The position numbers and the translations under genes are program-made. The notes under the pieces were generated by a model. That model did not search any database, was not told the DNA's origin, and saw only the letters and a program-made list of their open reading frames with translations. DNA of 64,000 bases, from positions 10,550-74,549 of the forward strand of contig SXLB01000018.1 in NCBI GenBank assembly GCA_005777825.1. Reading direction: 5' to 3'. This document shows positions 9,761 through 19,824 of this stretch, piece by piece (within the stretch, counting starts at the first letter, position 1; each line of letters begins with the position of its first letter). Source of the DNA: Methylotenera sp. GTDB taxonomy: Bacteria; Pseudomonadota; Gammaproteobacteria; Burkholderiales; Methylophilaceae.

Positions 9761-9807
9761 GCTAGACCTCGTTTAATGCTGGTCTATGGCGCAAGAGTCA
9801 GTGGGCA

Positions 9808-11157
9808 TTATTCGTATGCCACTTTACTTTTTGCCAGGGCCGGGTTGGTGGAAAAATACTTCTTAATGCCGTTTAAAATCGACGTGCAAAGTTGCTCTTG
9901 GTAGGATTCATCATTCAAGCGGCGCTCTTCTTCCGGGTTGCTAATGAAGGCGGTCTCAACCAGTATGGATGGAATATCCGGTGATTTAAGCACCGCAAAA
10001 GCCGCCTGCTCCACCCTTTTGGCGTGCAAGGTATTGATTTCGCCTATCTCAGACAACACCGCTTTACCCAATTTCAAGCTGTCATTAATGGTCGCTGTTT
10101 GCGATAAATCCAGCAAGGTTCTGGCTAATATGGGGTCTTTATCGTTCAAGCTTACCCCGCCTATTAAATCCGATTCGTTCTCTTTTTTCGCCAAATACCT
10201 GGCACTGGCACTGGTGGCACCGCGTTCCGACAAAGCAAAAACCGATGAGCCGCGTGCCGACTGCTTGGTGAAAGCATCGGCATGGATAGACACAAATAAA
10301 TCGGCTTGCATGCCTCTGGCTTTAACCACGCGCCCATGCAAAGGAATGAAGTAATCGCCATCGCGTGTTAATACCGCACGCATATTCGGTTCCGCATCAA
10401 TTTGCTGCTTGAGCTTCTTGGCTATCATGAGCGTGATGTCTTTTTCCCGACTGCCATTCGCGCCATTAGCACCGGGATCTTCACCGCCATGACCAGCGTC
10501 AATCGCCACAGTAATTTGCCTGCCTACTTTTTTCACTTCGTCAGGCATGTTTTTAATCACCGGCCCTTCTGTTGTGCTTGGCGGGTTTGCCGGAGCGGTT
10601 TGACTAACTGCATTATTGGTCAGTGCTGCCGATTCCACCGCAGCCGGTTCGGGCGCAGTCGTGGCTGGCGCCGGCGCATCCGCCGTTAGTGCTGCAGCGG
10701 TTGACGGGGCAGGATCGCGCTCAGCCACCATAGCCATCAAGGGATCCAAGGCCGGATAAACATCCAACACCAATCGGTATTTGTATGCGCCGGTGGGGGT
10801 TAATGTGAAGGCATTGGGTTTGGCCGCGGCTTTTAAATCCACCACCAGGCGCACGCCTTGCTGAAAATTAGCGCTGCGTATCTGCTTGATGTAAGGGTCG
10901 TTAGCCTGCACTTTATCGGCCAATGATTTGATGGCTGGGTTGAGTTCGACTTGATCTATATCCAACACCACCCGATCCGGATTTTGCATGTAGCTCATTT
11001 TATAAGTGAAGGCGCTGTTAGCCTCCAACGTAATGCGCGTGTAGTCTTGTGCCGGCCAAACCCGAACTGCACTGACCAAGTTGGCGGCCAAGGCAAACTG
11101 ATTTAAGTGCAACAACAGCAGCAGGCTCAATAGGCCTTGCACTAAGCTTTTTTTCAT
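9808..11157 (-). CDS. amiC: N-acetylmuramoyl-L-alanine amidase (AMIN + Amidase_3)
   Basis: Signal peptide, AMIN domain 'AVRVWPAQDYTR', 'IDAGHGGEDPGA', 'FVSIHADA', 'ETAFISN'; ATG 11157 overlaps the tsaE stop. Confidence 0.9.
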   Translation of the reverse strand: MKKSLVQGLLSLLLLLHLNQFALAANLVSAVRVWPAQDYTRITLEANSAFTYKMSYMQNPDRVVLDIDQVELNPAIKSLADKVQANDPYIKQIRSANFQQGVRLVVDLKAAAKPNAFTLTPTGAYKYRLVLDVYPALDPLMAMVAERDPAPSTAAALTADAPAPATTAPEPAAVESAALTNNAVSQTAPANPPSTTEGPVIKNMPDEVKKVGRQITVAIDAGHGGEDPGANGANGSREKDITLMIAKKLKQQIDAEPNMRAVLTRDGDYFIPLHGRVVKARGMQADLFVSIHADAFTKQSARGSSVFALSERGATSASARYLAKKENESDLIGGVSLNDKDPILARTLLDLSQTATINDSLKLGKAVLSEIGEINTLHAKRVEQAAFAVLKSPDIPSILVETAFISNPEEERRLNDESYQEQLCTSILNGIKKYFSTNPALAKSKVAYE

Positions 11158-11651
11158 AGGCTGCTTGGTATCCCTTGCAAACATTTTTTTCCTAATGGGG
11201 TGTGCGCCACTATACGCACACAACGGCCTAAGGCCACGCCCAACATTTTAACGTCAAAAACAATTTCGAGGTCAGGCCTGTTTAAACAATTTTTCGCCTT
11301 ATTTGGCCACTCTATTAGACACAAAGTGTGCGCATTAAAGTACTCACGAAACCCAGCCGATTCCCATTCCTCCTCGTCATTAAAACGGTATAAATCAAAA
11401 TGGCATAACTGCACCGGGGTTTGATTGGCTAAAGAAACGGGATAGGTTTCAAGCAAGGTGTAGGTCGGGCTTTTAACTTTGCCGTTAAAGCCCAAGGCGT
11501 GCAATAAACCCCGCACCAATGTAGTCTTGCCGGCGCCCAGATCCCCTTGTAAATACACCGTCATATTGGCTTGCAGGGCTGGTGCCAACAATTGGCCTAA
11601 AGCCAAGGTTGCCGCCTCATCTGGCAAATCAAGTGTAAAATCAACGCTCAT
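11154..11651 (-). CDS. tsaE: tRNA threonylcarbamoyladenosine biosynthesis ATPase TsaE
   Basis: 'LQGDLGAGKTT', 'VKSPTYTL', 'HFDLYR', 'LIEWP'. Confidence 0.95.
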   Translation of the reverse strand: MSVDFTLDLPDEAATLALGQLLAPALQANMTVYLQGDLGAGKTTLVRGLLHALGFNGKVKSPTYTLLETYPVSLANQTPVQLCHFDLYRFNDEEEWESAGFREYFNAHTLCLIEWPNKAKNCLNRPDLEIVFDVKMLGVALGRCVRIVAHTPLGKKCLQGIPSSL

Positions 11652-12723
11652 GACAGACCAAACTACATTACTAACGCTCGCCCAAGACATCAAACGCTGG
11701 GGCATGGCGCTGGGTTTTAATCAAATCGGCATTACCGATACGAATTTGCAGGAGGCGGAAGCGCATCATCAAGCTTGGATTGCTAAAGGATTTCATGGTG
11801 AAATGGATTATATGGCAAAACACGGCCTCAAGCGCACCCGCCCTGAAGAATTGGTGCCACGCACGCTAAGGGTGATTTCGGCTCGCTTGGATTACCTGCC
11901 GGCTAATGCGCTAGGGAGTGATGCGGTGCTCAACGATGCGTCCAAGGCTTTTATATCGCGTTACGCCTTGGCGCGCGATTACCACAAAGTGATGCGCAAA
12001 AAACTGCAAACACTCAGTGAAAAAATAGCCATCGCCTTAGAAAAATGCGAGCAAACCGACTTTAGTTACAGGGTGTTCACCGACAGCGCGCCGGTATTGG
12101 AAGTGGCTTTAGCAGAAAAAGCCGGCATGGGCTGGCGCGGCAAACACACCTTACTGATCAATAAAGACCACGGCTCTTGGTTTTTCTTAGGCGAGATTTA
12201 CACCAACCTACCCTTACCGGTTGACGCACCCGGCAGCAACCATTGCGGCACCTGCCAAAACTGCATAGACGTGTGCCCCACTCAAGCCATCGTGGCGCCC
12301 TACCAAGTCGATGCCAGGCGCTGCATATCCTACCTAACCATAGAGTTAAAAGGCAGCATACCTTTGCAATTCAGGCCCATGATAGGCAACCGCGTATACG
12401 GTTGCGATGACTGCCAACTGGCATGCCCATGGAATAAATTTGCCGAAGTGAGTCACGAGCCGGATTTTGTCATCAAGCACGGTTTGGACGACATAAGCTT
12501 AGTAGAATGCTTTGCGTGGACAGAGGCAGAATTTAACAGCAAGTTAGCCGGCAGCGCGATATACCGCATTGGCTACCAACAATGGTTACGCAATATCGCC
12601 GTGGGCTTAGGCAACGCTAAAACCAGCCAGGAAATTATTGCGGCTTTGCAAGCGCGGGCTAATGATGGATCGGTCTTATTGCGCGAACACGTGCTGTGGG
12701 CGTTGGCGCAACACCAACACTAA
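11650..12723 (+). CDS. queG: Epoxyqueuosine reductase
   Basis: 'SRYALARDYHKV', 'TDSAPVLE', 'GSWFFLGE', CxxCxxCxxxCP ferredoxin motif, 'YGCDDCQLACPWN'. Confidence 0.95.
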   Translation: MTDQTTLLTLAQDIKRWGMALGFNQIGITDTNLQEAEAHHQAWIAKGFHGEMDYMAKHGLKRTRPEELVPRTLRVISARLDYLPANALGSDAVLNDASKAFISRYALARDYHKVMRKKLQTLSEKIAIALEKCEQTDFSYRVFTDSAPVLEVALAEKAGMGWRGKHTLLINKDHGSWFFLGEIYTNLPLPVDAPGSNHCGTCQNCIDVCPTQAIVAPYQVDARRCISYLTIELKGSIPLQFRPMIGNRVYGCDDCQLACPWNKFAEVSHEPDFVIKHGLDDISLVECFAWTEAEFNSKLAGSAIYRIGYQQWLRNIAVGLGNAKTSQEIIAALQARANDGSVLLREHVLWALAQHQH

Positions 12724-12728
12724 CTCGC

Positions 12729-13919
12729 TCAATCGTCGGCGCTGGAGCCGATTTTGTGCACGCTTAAATCGGCACCATCAAACTCTTCTTCCTGACTCAA
12801 GCGTATGCCTACTAGCATTTTTAGAACGCCGTATACCAATGCACCGCCAACCACGGCAATCAACACGCCCAAGCCCGTACCTAGCAGTTGCGCCATAAAA
12901 CTAATGCCACCCAGGCCACCTAAGGCAGTCGTACCAAAAATACCGGCAGCTAACCCGCCCCAAGCACCGCACAAGCCGTGCAATGGCCAAACACCCAATA
13001 CGTCATCAATTTTTAAGCGGTTTTGCGTTAAATTAAATGCCCAGACGAACAAGGCACCGGCCACGACACCGGTAGCCAAGGCGCCCAGTGGATGCATCAC
13101 GTCAGAACCAGCACAAACGGCAACCAAGCCAGCCAAGGGGCCGTTGTGGACAAAGCCTGGGTCATTTTTACCAACCACCAAAGCCGCCAAGGTGCCACCG
13201 ACTAAAGCCATCAATGAATTCACCGCCACTAAACCGGATATACCCTGTATAGCCTGCGCAGACATAACGTTAAAGCCAAACCAACCAACAGTCAGTATCC
13301 ATGCACCTAGCGCTAAAAACGGGATATTGGATGGCGGGTAGGCATGCAGCCTGCCGTCTTTGCTGTAACGGCCATTGCGCGCGCCCAATAACATGACCGC
13401 GGCCAAGGCAATCCAGCCACCCATGGCATGCACCACTACCGACCCAGCAAAATCGTGGAATTTAGCACCATAGCTAGCGTTTAACCATTCTTGAAAGCCG
13501 TAATGGTTATTCCATGCGATGCCCTCAAAAAATGGATAAACAAAACCAACCAAGGCAAAAGTGGCGGCCAATTGTGGATGAAATTTAGCGCGTTCGGCTA
13601 TGCCCCCAGAAACGATGGCGGGAATGGCAGCGGCAAAAGTCAGCAAGAAAAAGAACTTCACTAAATCGTAGCCATTTTTCGCGGCCAACACCTCGGCCCC
13701 GCTAAAAAAGTTAAGACCATAAGCAATGCTGTAGCCTATAAAAAAATAAGCCACGGTGGACACCGAAAAATCCACCATAATTTTAACCAAGGCATTGACT
13801 TGATTTTTCTTACGCACCGTACCCACCTCCAAAAAGGCAAATCCAGCATGCATAGCAAGCACCATAATGGCACCTAATAAAACAAATAACACATCGTTTG
13901 CTGAGACTAATGTTTCCAT
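12729..13919 (-). CDS. amt: Ammonium transporter (Amt family)
   Basis: 'AMHAGFAFLEVG', 'DFAGSVVVH', 'GWFGFN', 'IDDVLGVWPLHG' (both conserved pore histidines present). Confidence 0.95.
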   Translation of the reverse strand: METLVSANDVLFVLLGAIMVLAMHAGFAFLEVGTVRKKNQVNALVKIMVDFSVSTVAYFFIGYSIAYGLNFFSGAEVLAAKNGYDLVKFFFLLTFAAAIPAIVSGGIAERAKFHPQLAATFALVGFVYPFFEGIAWNNHYGFQEWLNASYGAKFHDFAGSVVVHAMGGWIALAAVMLLGARNGRYSKDGRLHAYPPSNIPFLALGAWILTVGWFGFNVMSAQAIQGISGLVAVNSLMALVGGTLAALVVGKNDPGFVHNGPLAGLVAVCAGSDVMHPLGALATGVVAGALFVWAFNLTQNRLKIDDVLGVWPLHGLCGAWGGLAAGIFGTTALGGLGGISFMAQLLGTGLGVLIAVVGGALVYGVLKMLVGIRLSQEEEFDGADLSVHKIGSSADD

Positions 13920-13956
13920 TTTTTCGCTACTCCAAAATTTTCATGACGTATTTGTA

Positions 13957-13973
13957 AGCAAATAGCGCGCCAA
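13957..13973 (-). promoter_or_regulatory. sigma54 (-24/-12) promoter of amt
   Basis: Minus strand TTGGCGCGCTATTTGCT fits TGGCAC/G-N5-TTGC, about 40 nt upstream of the amt ATG. Confidence 0.85.
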
Positions 13974-14025
13974 AACTTAAGTAATTGTTTTTTAAATAAC
14001 TATCTCATGATATCACCCTATTGAA

Positions 14026-14072
14026 TGCACGAAATGAGTGCAAGGCACTTTGCATGGCACCATAACAGTGCT
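14026..14072. promoter_or_regulatory. Tandem NtrC-type enhancer sites upstream of amt
   Basis: TGCAC-gaaatga-GTGCA (14026-14042) and GGCAC-cataaca-GTGCT (14056-14072), 30 bp apart; NtrC consensus is TGCAC-N7-GTGCA. Confidence 0.8.
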
Positions 14073-14137
14073 TATTAATGCTCTTTACAAGCCACGCCAG
14101 CCGCCACATACTGCGCTAACAATTCAATTAATGGTGC

Positions 14138-14446
14138 ATGGACATGGAATTAATATTGATGCTAATTTTGTTTTTGGCCGCCTGGTTTTGGCTAGACAGC
14201 ATGGGCAAACGCGAACGAGCCATACTGCTGGGTAGCGAATTAGCCGCGCGCTACAACCTACAACTGCTGGATGAAAGCGTGGCTTGCACCAAGTTGAGCC
14301 TGGGGCGTAACAGCCGTGGGCACGCGCAATTCCTGCGCCGTTATGCATTTGATGTGAGCGCCCGTGGCGTAGATCGCTTACATTGCGAATTGACCCTACT
14401 CGGCGATCAATTGCAAACCTGGCACATTCCACCCTATCAGCAATAA
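14138..14446 (+). CDS. DUF3301-like small membrane-anchored protein
   Basis: N-terminal TM helix; 'RERA....L..YNLQLLDESVA' and 'RRYAFDVS..G..R..C.L' patterns. Confidence 0.7.
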   Translation: MDMELILMLILFLAAWFWLDSMGKRERAILLGSELAARYNLQLLDESVACTKLSLGRNSRGHAQFLRRYAFDVSARGVDRLHCELTLLGDQLQTWHIPPYQQ

Positions 14447-14491
14447 ACATCCTTCCTTGGGAATGCGCTGGGGCAATGTTAAAATGCGCGC

Positions 14492-15400
14492 ATGGAAAAT
14501 AATCAAGACACCCTACAGCGCTTCATATTTGAAAGCAGCCCGGTACGAGGCAATCTAGTGCACCTAGGTCTCACCTTGCAAATGGCTTTAAATAAGCAAA
14601 ACTTGCCTAGCGGTTTACGCCAATCATTGGGGGAATTGATGGCAGCCAGCGCCTTATTGGCTGCCACACTGAAAATGAACGGCAGCATGGTCTTGCAGAT
14701 TCAAAGCAAAGGCACGCTCAAACTGTTGGTTGTGGAATGCACCTGCGACGACGATGCGCCCCTTAGAATGCGCGCCACGGCAAAATGGTCAGGCGACATA
14801 GACGAGCAACAGCACTTGTTTGATCTCATCACACAAGGTCAATTCATCATCACCCTGGATCCAAAAGACGGCAATCAAGCCTACCAGGGTATCGTGCCAT
14901 TAGAAGGCGACAGCATCGCCACCATATTGGAAAATTACATGCTGCGCTCGGAGCAAATCGATACGCGCATTTGGCTGTGTTGCGACGGCAATACAGCGGC
15001 TGGCATGCTATTGCAAAAACTACCGGAAACCATGAACCAAACAACAGTAGAACACGATGCTGACATATGGAACCGTGTCGGCCATCTAGCCAACACCATG
15101 CAGGACGAAGAATTGTTGCACTTGCCCGCAGAAACCTTGCTGACTAGGTTGTTTCATGAGGAGCAAGTGCGCCTGTTTGCTGCCAGCAATACCCAGTTTT
15201 TCTGCAGTTGCAGCCGCGATAGCGTGGCCAGCATGTTGCGTATGCTAGGTGACGAGGAGTTGCAGAGTATATTGGCCGAACAAGGCCAGATAGAAGTGAA
15301 TTGCGATTTTTGCAACACCCATTACGCCTTTGACAAGGTGGATGCTACGCAGCTATTGATGACGCCGGTGGTGGCCCCCAGTCAGCCTAACATTCATTAG
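14492..15400 (+). CDS. hslO: Redox-regulated chaperone Hsp33
   Basis: 'D.LQRFIFE..PVRG', 'YQGIVPL', 'SEQIDT', zinc motif 'CSCSR...CDFC'. Confidence 0.95.
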   Translation: MENNQDTLQRFIFESSPVRGNLVHLGLTLQMALNKQNLPSGLRQSLGELMAASALLAATLKMNGSMVLQIQSKGTLKLLVVECTCDDDAPLRMRATAKWSGDIDEQQHLFDLITQGQFIITLDPKDGNQAYQGIVPLEGDSIATILENYMLRSEQIDTRIWLCCDGNTAAGMLLQKLPETMNQTTVEHDADIWNRVGHLANTMQDEELLHLPAETLLTRLFHEEQVRLFAASNTQFFCSCSRDSVASMLRMLGDEELQSILAEQGQIEVNCDFCNTHYAFDKVDATQLLMTPVVAPSQPNIH

Positions 15401-16188
15401 TGGCTAAGCTGCTGCCGCCTGCGCTCAAATAAACACACTGCCGCTGCGGCGGCGGCATTGAGCGATTCTATTCGACCTAGCTGCCCTTGCGCCATGGGAA
15501 TCGTCACCCGCTTGCTGGCTGCTGCCATGGTGTCTTTACGCAGCCCCGCCCCCTCATTACCAAAAACAAAAGCGCAAGCGCCTCGCAAGTCTTGGCTATA
15601 CAAAGACTCGCCATTCATAGCGGTGGCATAACTGTCACCGTTAAATCGTTCTAGCTCAGCGACTATGTCAGCACGTGTTTGCATGGCCAGCACGAATTGC
15701 GCACCCTGCCCACCACGTAAGGCTTTAGGTGACCATGGGTCGGTGCAACTGCTGCTTAAATAGACCGCTTCCACCCCTGCTGCGGCCGCCGTGCGTAGCA
15801 TGCTGCCTAGATTACCTGGGTCCTGTATGTCTTCTAACATTAAGACAAAGCTGGGTTGATAGTCTAAAGCTAACTGTTGGATCTTGACCATGGCCAGTAT
15901 GCCGGTGGAGCTTACTACCGGGCTGAGTTCGGCAAACATCAGCGTGGGCAGCATAATGGTATCTAGGTGCTCCAAGCTTTGCATTAAACCGGTGGCCTCC
16001 ACGCTACTTTGGCCTTCTGGAATAATGACCAACTCGGGCTCACCAAAGGCCGCTAGGTAATCTTCAATAAGGTGCACCCCATCCAGCAATGTCAGCCCTT
16101 CGCTGCGTCTTTCCCTGGCGTTATCGGCCAATCTTTTTAACTGCTTAAAAACCGGATTATCACGCGAAACGATGTGCTTAAAAGACAT
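15397..16188 (-). CDS. TrmH/SpoU family RNA 2'-O-methyltransferase
   Basis: 'IQDPGNLGSMLRTAAA', 'FGNEGAGL', 'ESLNAAAAAAVCLFE'. Confidence 0.92.
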   Translation of the reverse strand: MSFKHIVSRDNPVFKQLKRLADNARERRSEGLTLLDGVHLIEDYLAAFGEPELVIIPEGQSSVEATGLMQSLEHLDTIMLPTLMFAELSPVVSSTGILAMVKIQQLALDYQPSFVLMLEDIQDPGNLGSMLRTAAAAGVEAVYLSSSCTDPWSPKALRGGQGAQFVLAMQTRADIVAELERFNGDSYATAMNGESLYSQDLRGACAFVFGNEGAGLRKDTMAAASKRVTIPMAQGQLGRIESLNAAAAAAVCLFERRRQQLSH

Positions 16189-16212
16189 GCGGTGCTCACC
16201 TATGGTGCCTTA

Positions 16213-16255
16213 AGAAAATGCGCTTGCGCTGCGCCTAAGCACGCAGAACAAGCGC
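16213..16255 (-). terminator. Putative stem-loop/terminator downstream of argG
   Basis: Minus strand GCGCTTG-tt-CTGCG...CGCAG-cg-CAAGCGC followed by ATTTTCT. Confidence 0.45.
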
Positions 16256-16269
16256 CGAGTGCTTGATGA

Positions 16270-17505
16270 TTACTTTTGTCTAAGTTTTAAATTAGCCGCT
16301 ATGCGTAAGCGCAAGGCATTTAACTTAATAAAACCACCGGCGTCTTTTTGGTCGTAAGCACCTTTGTCGTCTTCAAAAGTAGCAATAGTCGAATCAAACA
16401 AGGAATTGGTTTTGCTATCACGGCCCGTGACGATCACATTGCCTTTATATAACTTAACGCGCACCCAGCCGTTTACCACGGTTTGTGTGTGGTCTATCAA
16501 GGTTTGCAAGGCTATGCGCTCCGGACTCCACCAATAACCGTTATAAATCATGCTGGCATAGCGTGGCATTAAATCGTCTTTTAAGTGCGCCACTTCGCGA
16601 TCCAAAGTGATGGACTCAATAGCGCGGTGCGCTTTTAACAATATGGTGCCGCCCGGCGTTTCATAACAACCGCGAGACTTCATGCCGACGTAGCGATTTT
16701 CCACTAAATCCAAACGGCCTATACCGTGCTTACCACCCATTTTATTAAGGTGGGCCAATATGGCATGCGGCTTCATGGCCTCGCCATTCAAGCTCACCGG
16801 GTCGCCATTCACGTATTCAATGTCCAAGTACTCAGCGGCATCCGGTGCTTTTTCTGGGCTCACGCTCCAACGCCACATCGACTCTTCTGCCTCGGCAGCC
16901 GGGTCCTCCAAGTGACGGCCTTCGTAGGAAATGTGCAATAAATTAGCATCCATGCTGTATGGGCTGCCACCTTGCTTGTGCTTCATGTCGACCGGAATGC
17001 CGTGCTTTTCCGCGTAGGCCATCAATTTTTCACGGCTCAATAAATCCCACTCACGCCATGGCGCAATGATTTGTATGTTTGGATTTAAGGCGTACGCACC
17101 CAACTCAAAGCGCACTTGGTCGTTACCCTTGCCGGTAGCGCCATGTGAGATGGCGTCTGCATTGGTTTCGGCGGCAATTTCAATGAGGCGTTTGGCGATC
17201 AATGGGCGCGCAATCGAGGTGCCCAATAGGTATTCACCTTCGTAGACGGTGTTGGCTCTGAACATAGGAAAGACAAAGTCACGCACAAATTCTTCACGGC
17301 AATCGTCTATGTAAATCTCTTTAACGCCTGCTGCCGTGGCCTTAGCCCTTGCTGGCTCCAACTCTTCACCTTGACCTAGGTCTGCGGTGAAGGTGACCAC
17401 TTCGCATTGGTACTCGTCTTGTAACCATTTCAGAATAACCGAAGTATCCAGGCCGCCTGAATAGGCTAACACCACTTTTTTAATGTCTTTTTTAACTGTG
17501 CTCAT
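16270..17505 (-). CDS. argG: Argininosuccinate synthase
   Basis: '[13 protein letters not shown]', '[10 protein letters not shown]', '[13 protein letters not shown]', '[11 protein letters not shown]'. Confidence 0.98.
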   Translation of the reverse strand: MSTVKKDIKKVVLAYSGGLDTSVILKWLQDEYQCEVVTFTADLGQGEELEPARAKATAAGVKEIYIDDCREEFVRDFVFPMFRANTVYEGEYLLGTSIARPLIAKRLIEIAAETNADAISHGATGKGNDQVRFELGAYALNPNIQIIAPWREWDLLSREKLMAYAEKHGIPVDMKHKQGGSPYSMDANLLHISYEGRHLEDPAAEAEESMWRWSVSPEKAPDAAEYLDIEYVNGDPVSLNGEAMKPHAILAHLNKMGGKHGIGRLDLVENRYVGMKSRGCYETPGGTILLKAHRAIESITLDREVAHLKDDLMPRYASMIYNGYWWSPERIALQTLIDHTQTVVNGWVRVKLYKGNVIVTGRDSKTNSLFDSTIATFEDDKGAYDQKDAGGFIKLNALRLRIAANLKLRQK

Positions 17506-17508
17506 TGC

Positions 17509-18423
17509 TTAAACTTTTCCTAATAATAAATATTCCATTAACGCTTTTTGCACGTGCAATCGATTCTCTGCCTCGTCCCAAACCACGGATTGGCGCCCGT
17601 CTATCACTTCAGCTGACACTTCCTCGCCGCGGTGCGCCGGTAGGCAATGCATGAACAAAGCGTCTTCAGCTGCCACTTGCATCATGTCGGCATCGACCTG
17701 CCAATCCACAAAGTCACGCAAGCGCTCTTCGTTTTCTGCCTCAAAGCCCATGCTGGTCCAAACATCGGTGGTAACCAAATGTGCACCTCTGGCCGCATCC
17801 ATAGGATCAGCAAAGACTTCGAAATGGTTATTACCGTACAAGTTTGCCCGCTCAGGCTCGACTTCGTAGCCCGGTGGCGTAGAAACATGCACATTGAAAT
17901 CCAGCACCTCGGCCGCTTGCAACCAGGTATTGCAAACGTTGTTACTATCGCCTATCCACGCCACGGTCTTGCCTTTTATGGAGCCACGGTGCTCGATGTA
18001 GGTGAAAATGTCCGCCAATATTTGGCAAGGATGGTATTCATTGGTTAAACCATTGACCACTGGCACACGTGAATTTGCCGCAAAACGCTCGATAATCTCC
18101 TGCTCAAAGGTCCGTATCATAACGATGTCACTCATGCGCGAAATGACTTGCGCGGCGTCTTCGACTGGTTCACCACGGCCCAATTGCGAATCACGGGTAT
18201 TGAGGTAAATGGCGGAGCCGCCTAACTGCTGCATACCTGCTTCGAAAGACAAGCGGGTGCGGGTGCTGGCCTTTTCAAAGATCATCACCAAGGTGCGATC
18301 CTGCAGGGGCCAGTATTGTTGGTATGCCTTAAATTGACTCTTAATGATGCGGGTGCGCTCAAACACGTAGAGCAGCTCTTCGCGAGATAAGTCATTGAAT
18401 TGTAAGAAATGTTTTATTGACAT
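17509..18423 (-). CDS. argF: Ornithine carbamoyltransferase
   Basis: 'FEKASTRTRLSFE', 'HPCQILAD', 'TDVWTSMG', 'HCLPAHRGEE'. Confidence 0.97.
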   Translation of the reverse strand: MSIKHFLQFNDLSREELLYVFERTRIIKSQFKAYQQYWPLQDRTLVMIFEKASTRTRLSFEAGMQQLGGSAIYLNTRDSQLGRGEPVEDAAQVISRMSDIVMIRTFEQEIIERFAANSRVPVVNGLTNEYHPCQILADIFTYIEHRGSIKGKTVAWIGDSNNVCNTWLQAAEVLDFNVHVSTPPGYEVEPERANLYGNNHFEVFADPMDAARGAHLVTTDVWTSMGFEAENEERLRDFVDWQVDADMMQVAAEDALFMHCLPAHRGEEVSAEVIDGRQSVVWDEAENRLHVQKALMEYLLLGKV

Positions 18424-18492
18424 GTGTTTACCGCTTTGCTTCCAAATAACGCTTGCTATTTTTAATCTAACTTATTAAGTTTAAATTACAAC

Positions 18493-19674
18493 TTATTGTT
18501 TTAAATATTCTTTTATAACAGCAGACAAACGCTTAACCAATTCTTGCGCCTCGTCTTGCTTGATGACCAAAGGCGGCAACAATCGCACCACCTTGTCTGC
18601 CGTGACGTTGATTAGCAACTTGGCTTCTAAGGCCATTTTAACCAATTCCCCGCAAGGCCTATCCAGCTCTATGCCTATCATTAAACCGGCATTACGCACC
18701 ATTTTGACGGCCGGCGTATCAGCAAACGCTGTCTGGAAACCCAATTTAATCAGCTCGCCCATTTTTTCTGCATGAGCACACAAGCCCTCGTCTTCTATCG
18801 TCGCCAATGTCGCCAAGCCGGCCGCACAGGCTAAGGGGTTGCCGCCAAAGGTTGATCCGTGTTTACCATAAACAAACACCTCAGCCGCTTTACCCCTTGC
18901 CAAGCATGCTCCTATGGGCACACCGGAACCCAAGCCCTTAGCTAAACTCATGACATCCGGCATAATTGCCGTGTGTTGGTAAGCAAACCAAGTGCCGGTA
19001 CGACCTATGCCAGTTTGCACTTCATCAACCATGAGCAGCCAGCCGTGGGCATCGCAAATTTGCCGCAGGGTTTCCAAATAGGCACTGCTGTCTTTAGGAA
19101 TATTGATGCCGCCTTCACCTTGAACCGGCTCAACCAATATGGCCACCACATTCGGGTTGCTACTGGCCACTTGCTTAACCGCATCGACGTCATCGTAAGG
19201 CACGCGTATAAAACCGCTGACCAAGGGCTCAAAGCCAGCTTGCACCTTGCGATTGCCGGTTGCCGATAAAGTCGCCATGGTGCGTCCGTGAAAGGACTTG
19301 TCCATCACAATAATTTCTGGGCTGCTGATGCCTTTGTTGTGCCCATAAAGCCTAGCCAACTTGATACTGGCTTCATTGGCTTCGCAACCGGAATTGCAAA
19401 AGAACACCTTATCCATGCCCGAGATAGCACACAACTTATCGGCCAAAGCGGCCTGCTCGGCAATCTGGTAGATATTCGATACGTGTATGAGCTTGGCGGC
19501 CTGCTCACTAATGGCCGCAACCAGTTTAGGGTGCGCATGGCCCAAGCCATTTACCGCCACCCCAGCTAAGGCGTCCAGGTATTTTTCCCCATTCGCGTCC
19601 CACAGCCACACCCCCTCGCCTTTAGTAAAGGTGACCGGCTGACGCATATAGGTGTTCATTAAATGATCTGACAT
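18493..19674 (-). CDS. argD: Acetylornithine aminotransferase (class III)
   Basis: 'FFCNSGCEANE', 'SFHGRT', 'EPVQGEGG', 'DEVQTGIGRTG', 'AKGLGSG', 'HGSTFGGNPLAC'; directly upstream of argF-argG. Confidence 0.93.
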   Translation of the reverse strand: MSDHLMNTYMRQPVTFTKGEGVWLWDANGEKYLDALAGVAVNGLGHAHPKLVAAISEQAAKLIHVSNIYQIAEQAALADKLCAISGMDKVFFCNSGCEANEASIKLARLYGHNKGISSPEIIVMDKSFHGRTMATLSATGNRKVQAGFEPLVSGFIRVPYDDVDAVKQVASSNPNVVAILVEPVQGEGGINIPKDSSAYLETLRQICDAHGWLLMVDEVQTGIGRTGTWFAYQHTAIMPDVMSLAKGLGSGVPIGACLARGKAAEVFVYGKHGSTFGGNPLACAAGLATLATIEDEGLCAHAEKMGELIKLGFQTAFADTPAVKMVRNAGLMIGIELDRPCGELVKMALEAKLLINVTADKVVRLLPPLVIKQDEAQELVKRLSAVIKEYLKQ

Positions 19675-19692
19675 AGCACTCTTTAATAAAAA

Positions 19693-19824
19693 TTAACCCA
19701 AAACAATAATGAAAAACGGCGACCAATGCCGCCGTTGGGACTGAAGTGTGTGGATTGGGTATGGGCCACAGCCTGAATTTATAATCGCCAGCGATTGCTT
19801 TAAAGCAAACACCATTGCATTCAT
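19693..19824 (-). CDS. Putative 43-aa leader peptide of the argDFG operon (tandem Arg codons)
   Basis: ATG 19824 to TAA 19693: MNAMVFALKQSLAIINSGCGPYPIHTLQSQRRHWSPFFIIVLG; its only Arg residues are CGG-CGG at 19734-19729; no obvious SD. Confidence 0.35.
   Translation of the reverse strand: MNAMVFALKQSLAIINSGCGPYPIHTLQSQRRHWSPFFIIVLG
19711..19736 (-). terminator. Intrinsic terminator-like hairpin in the argD leader (candidate attenuator)
   Basis: Minus strand AACGGCGGC-AUUG-GUCGCCGUU-UUUC: 9-bp GC-rich stem plus a U5 run, about 40 nt upstream of the argD ATG, in the sense orientation. Confidence 0.65.
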
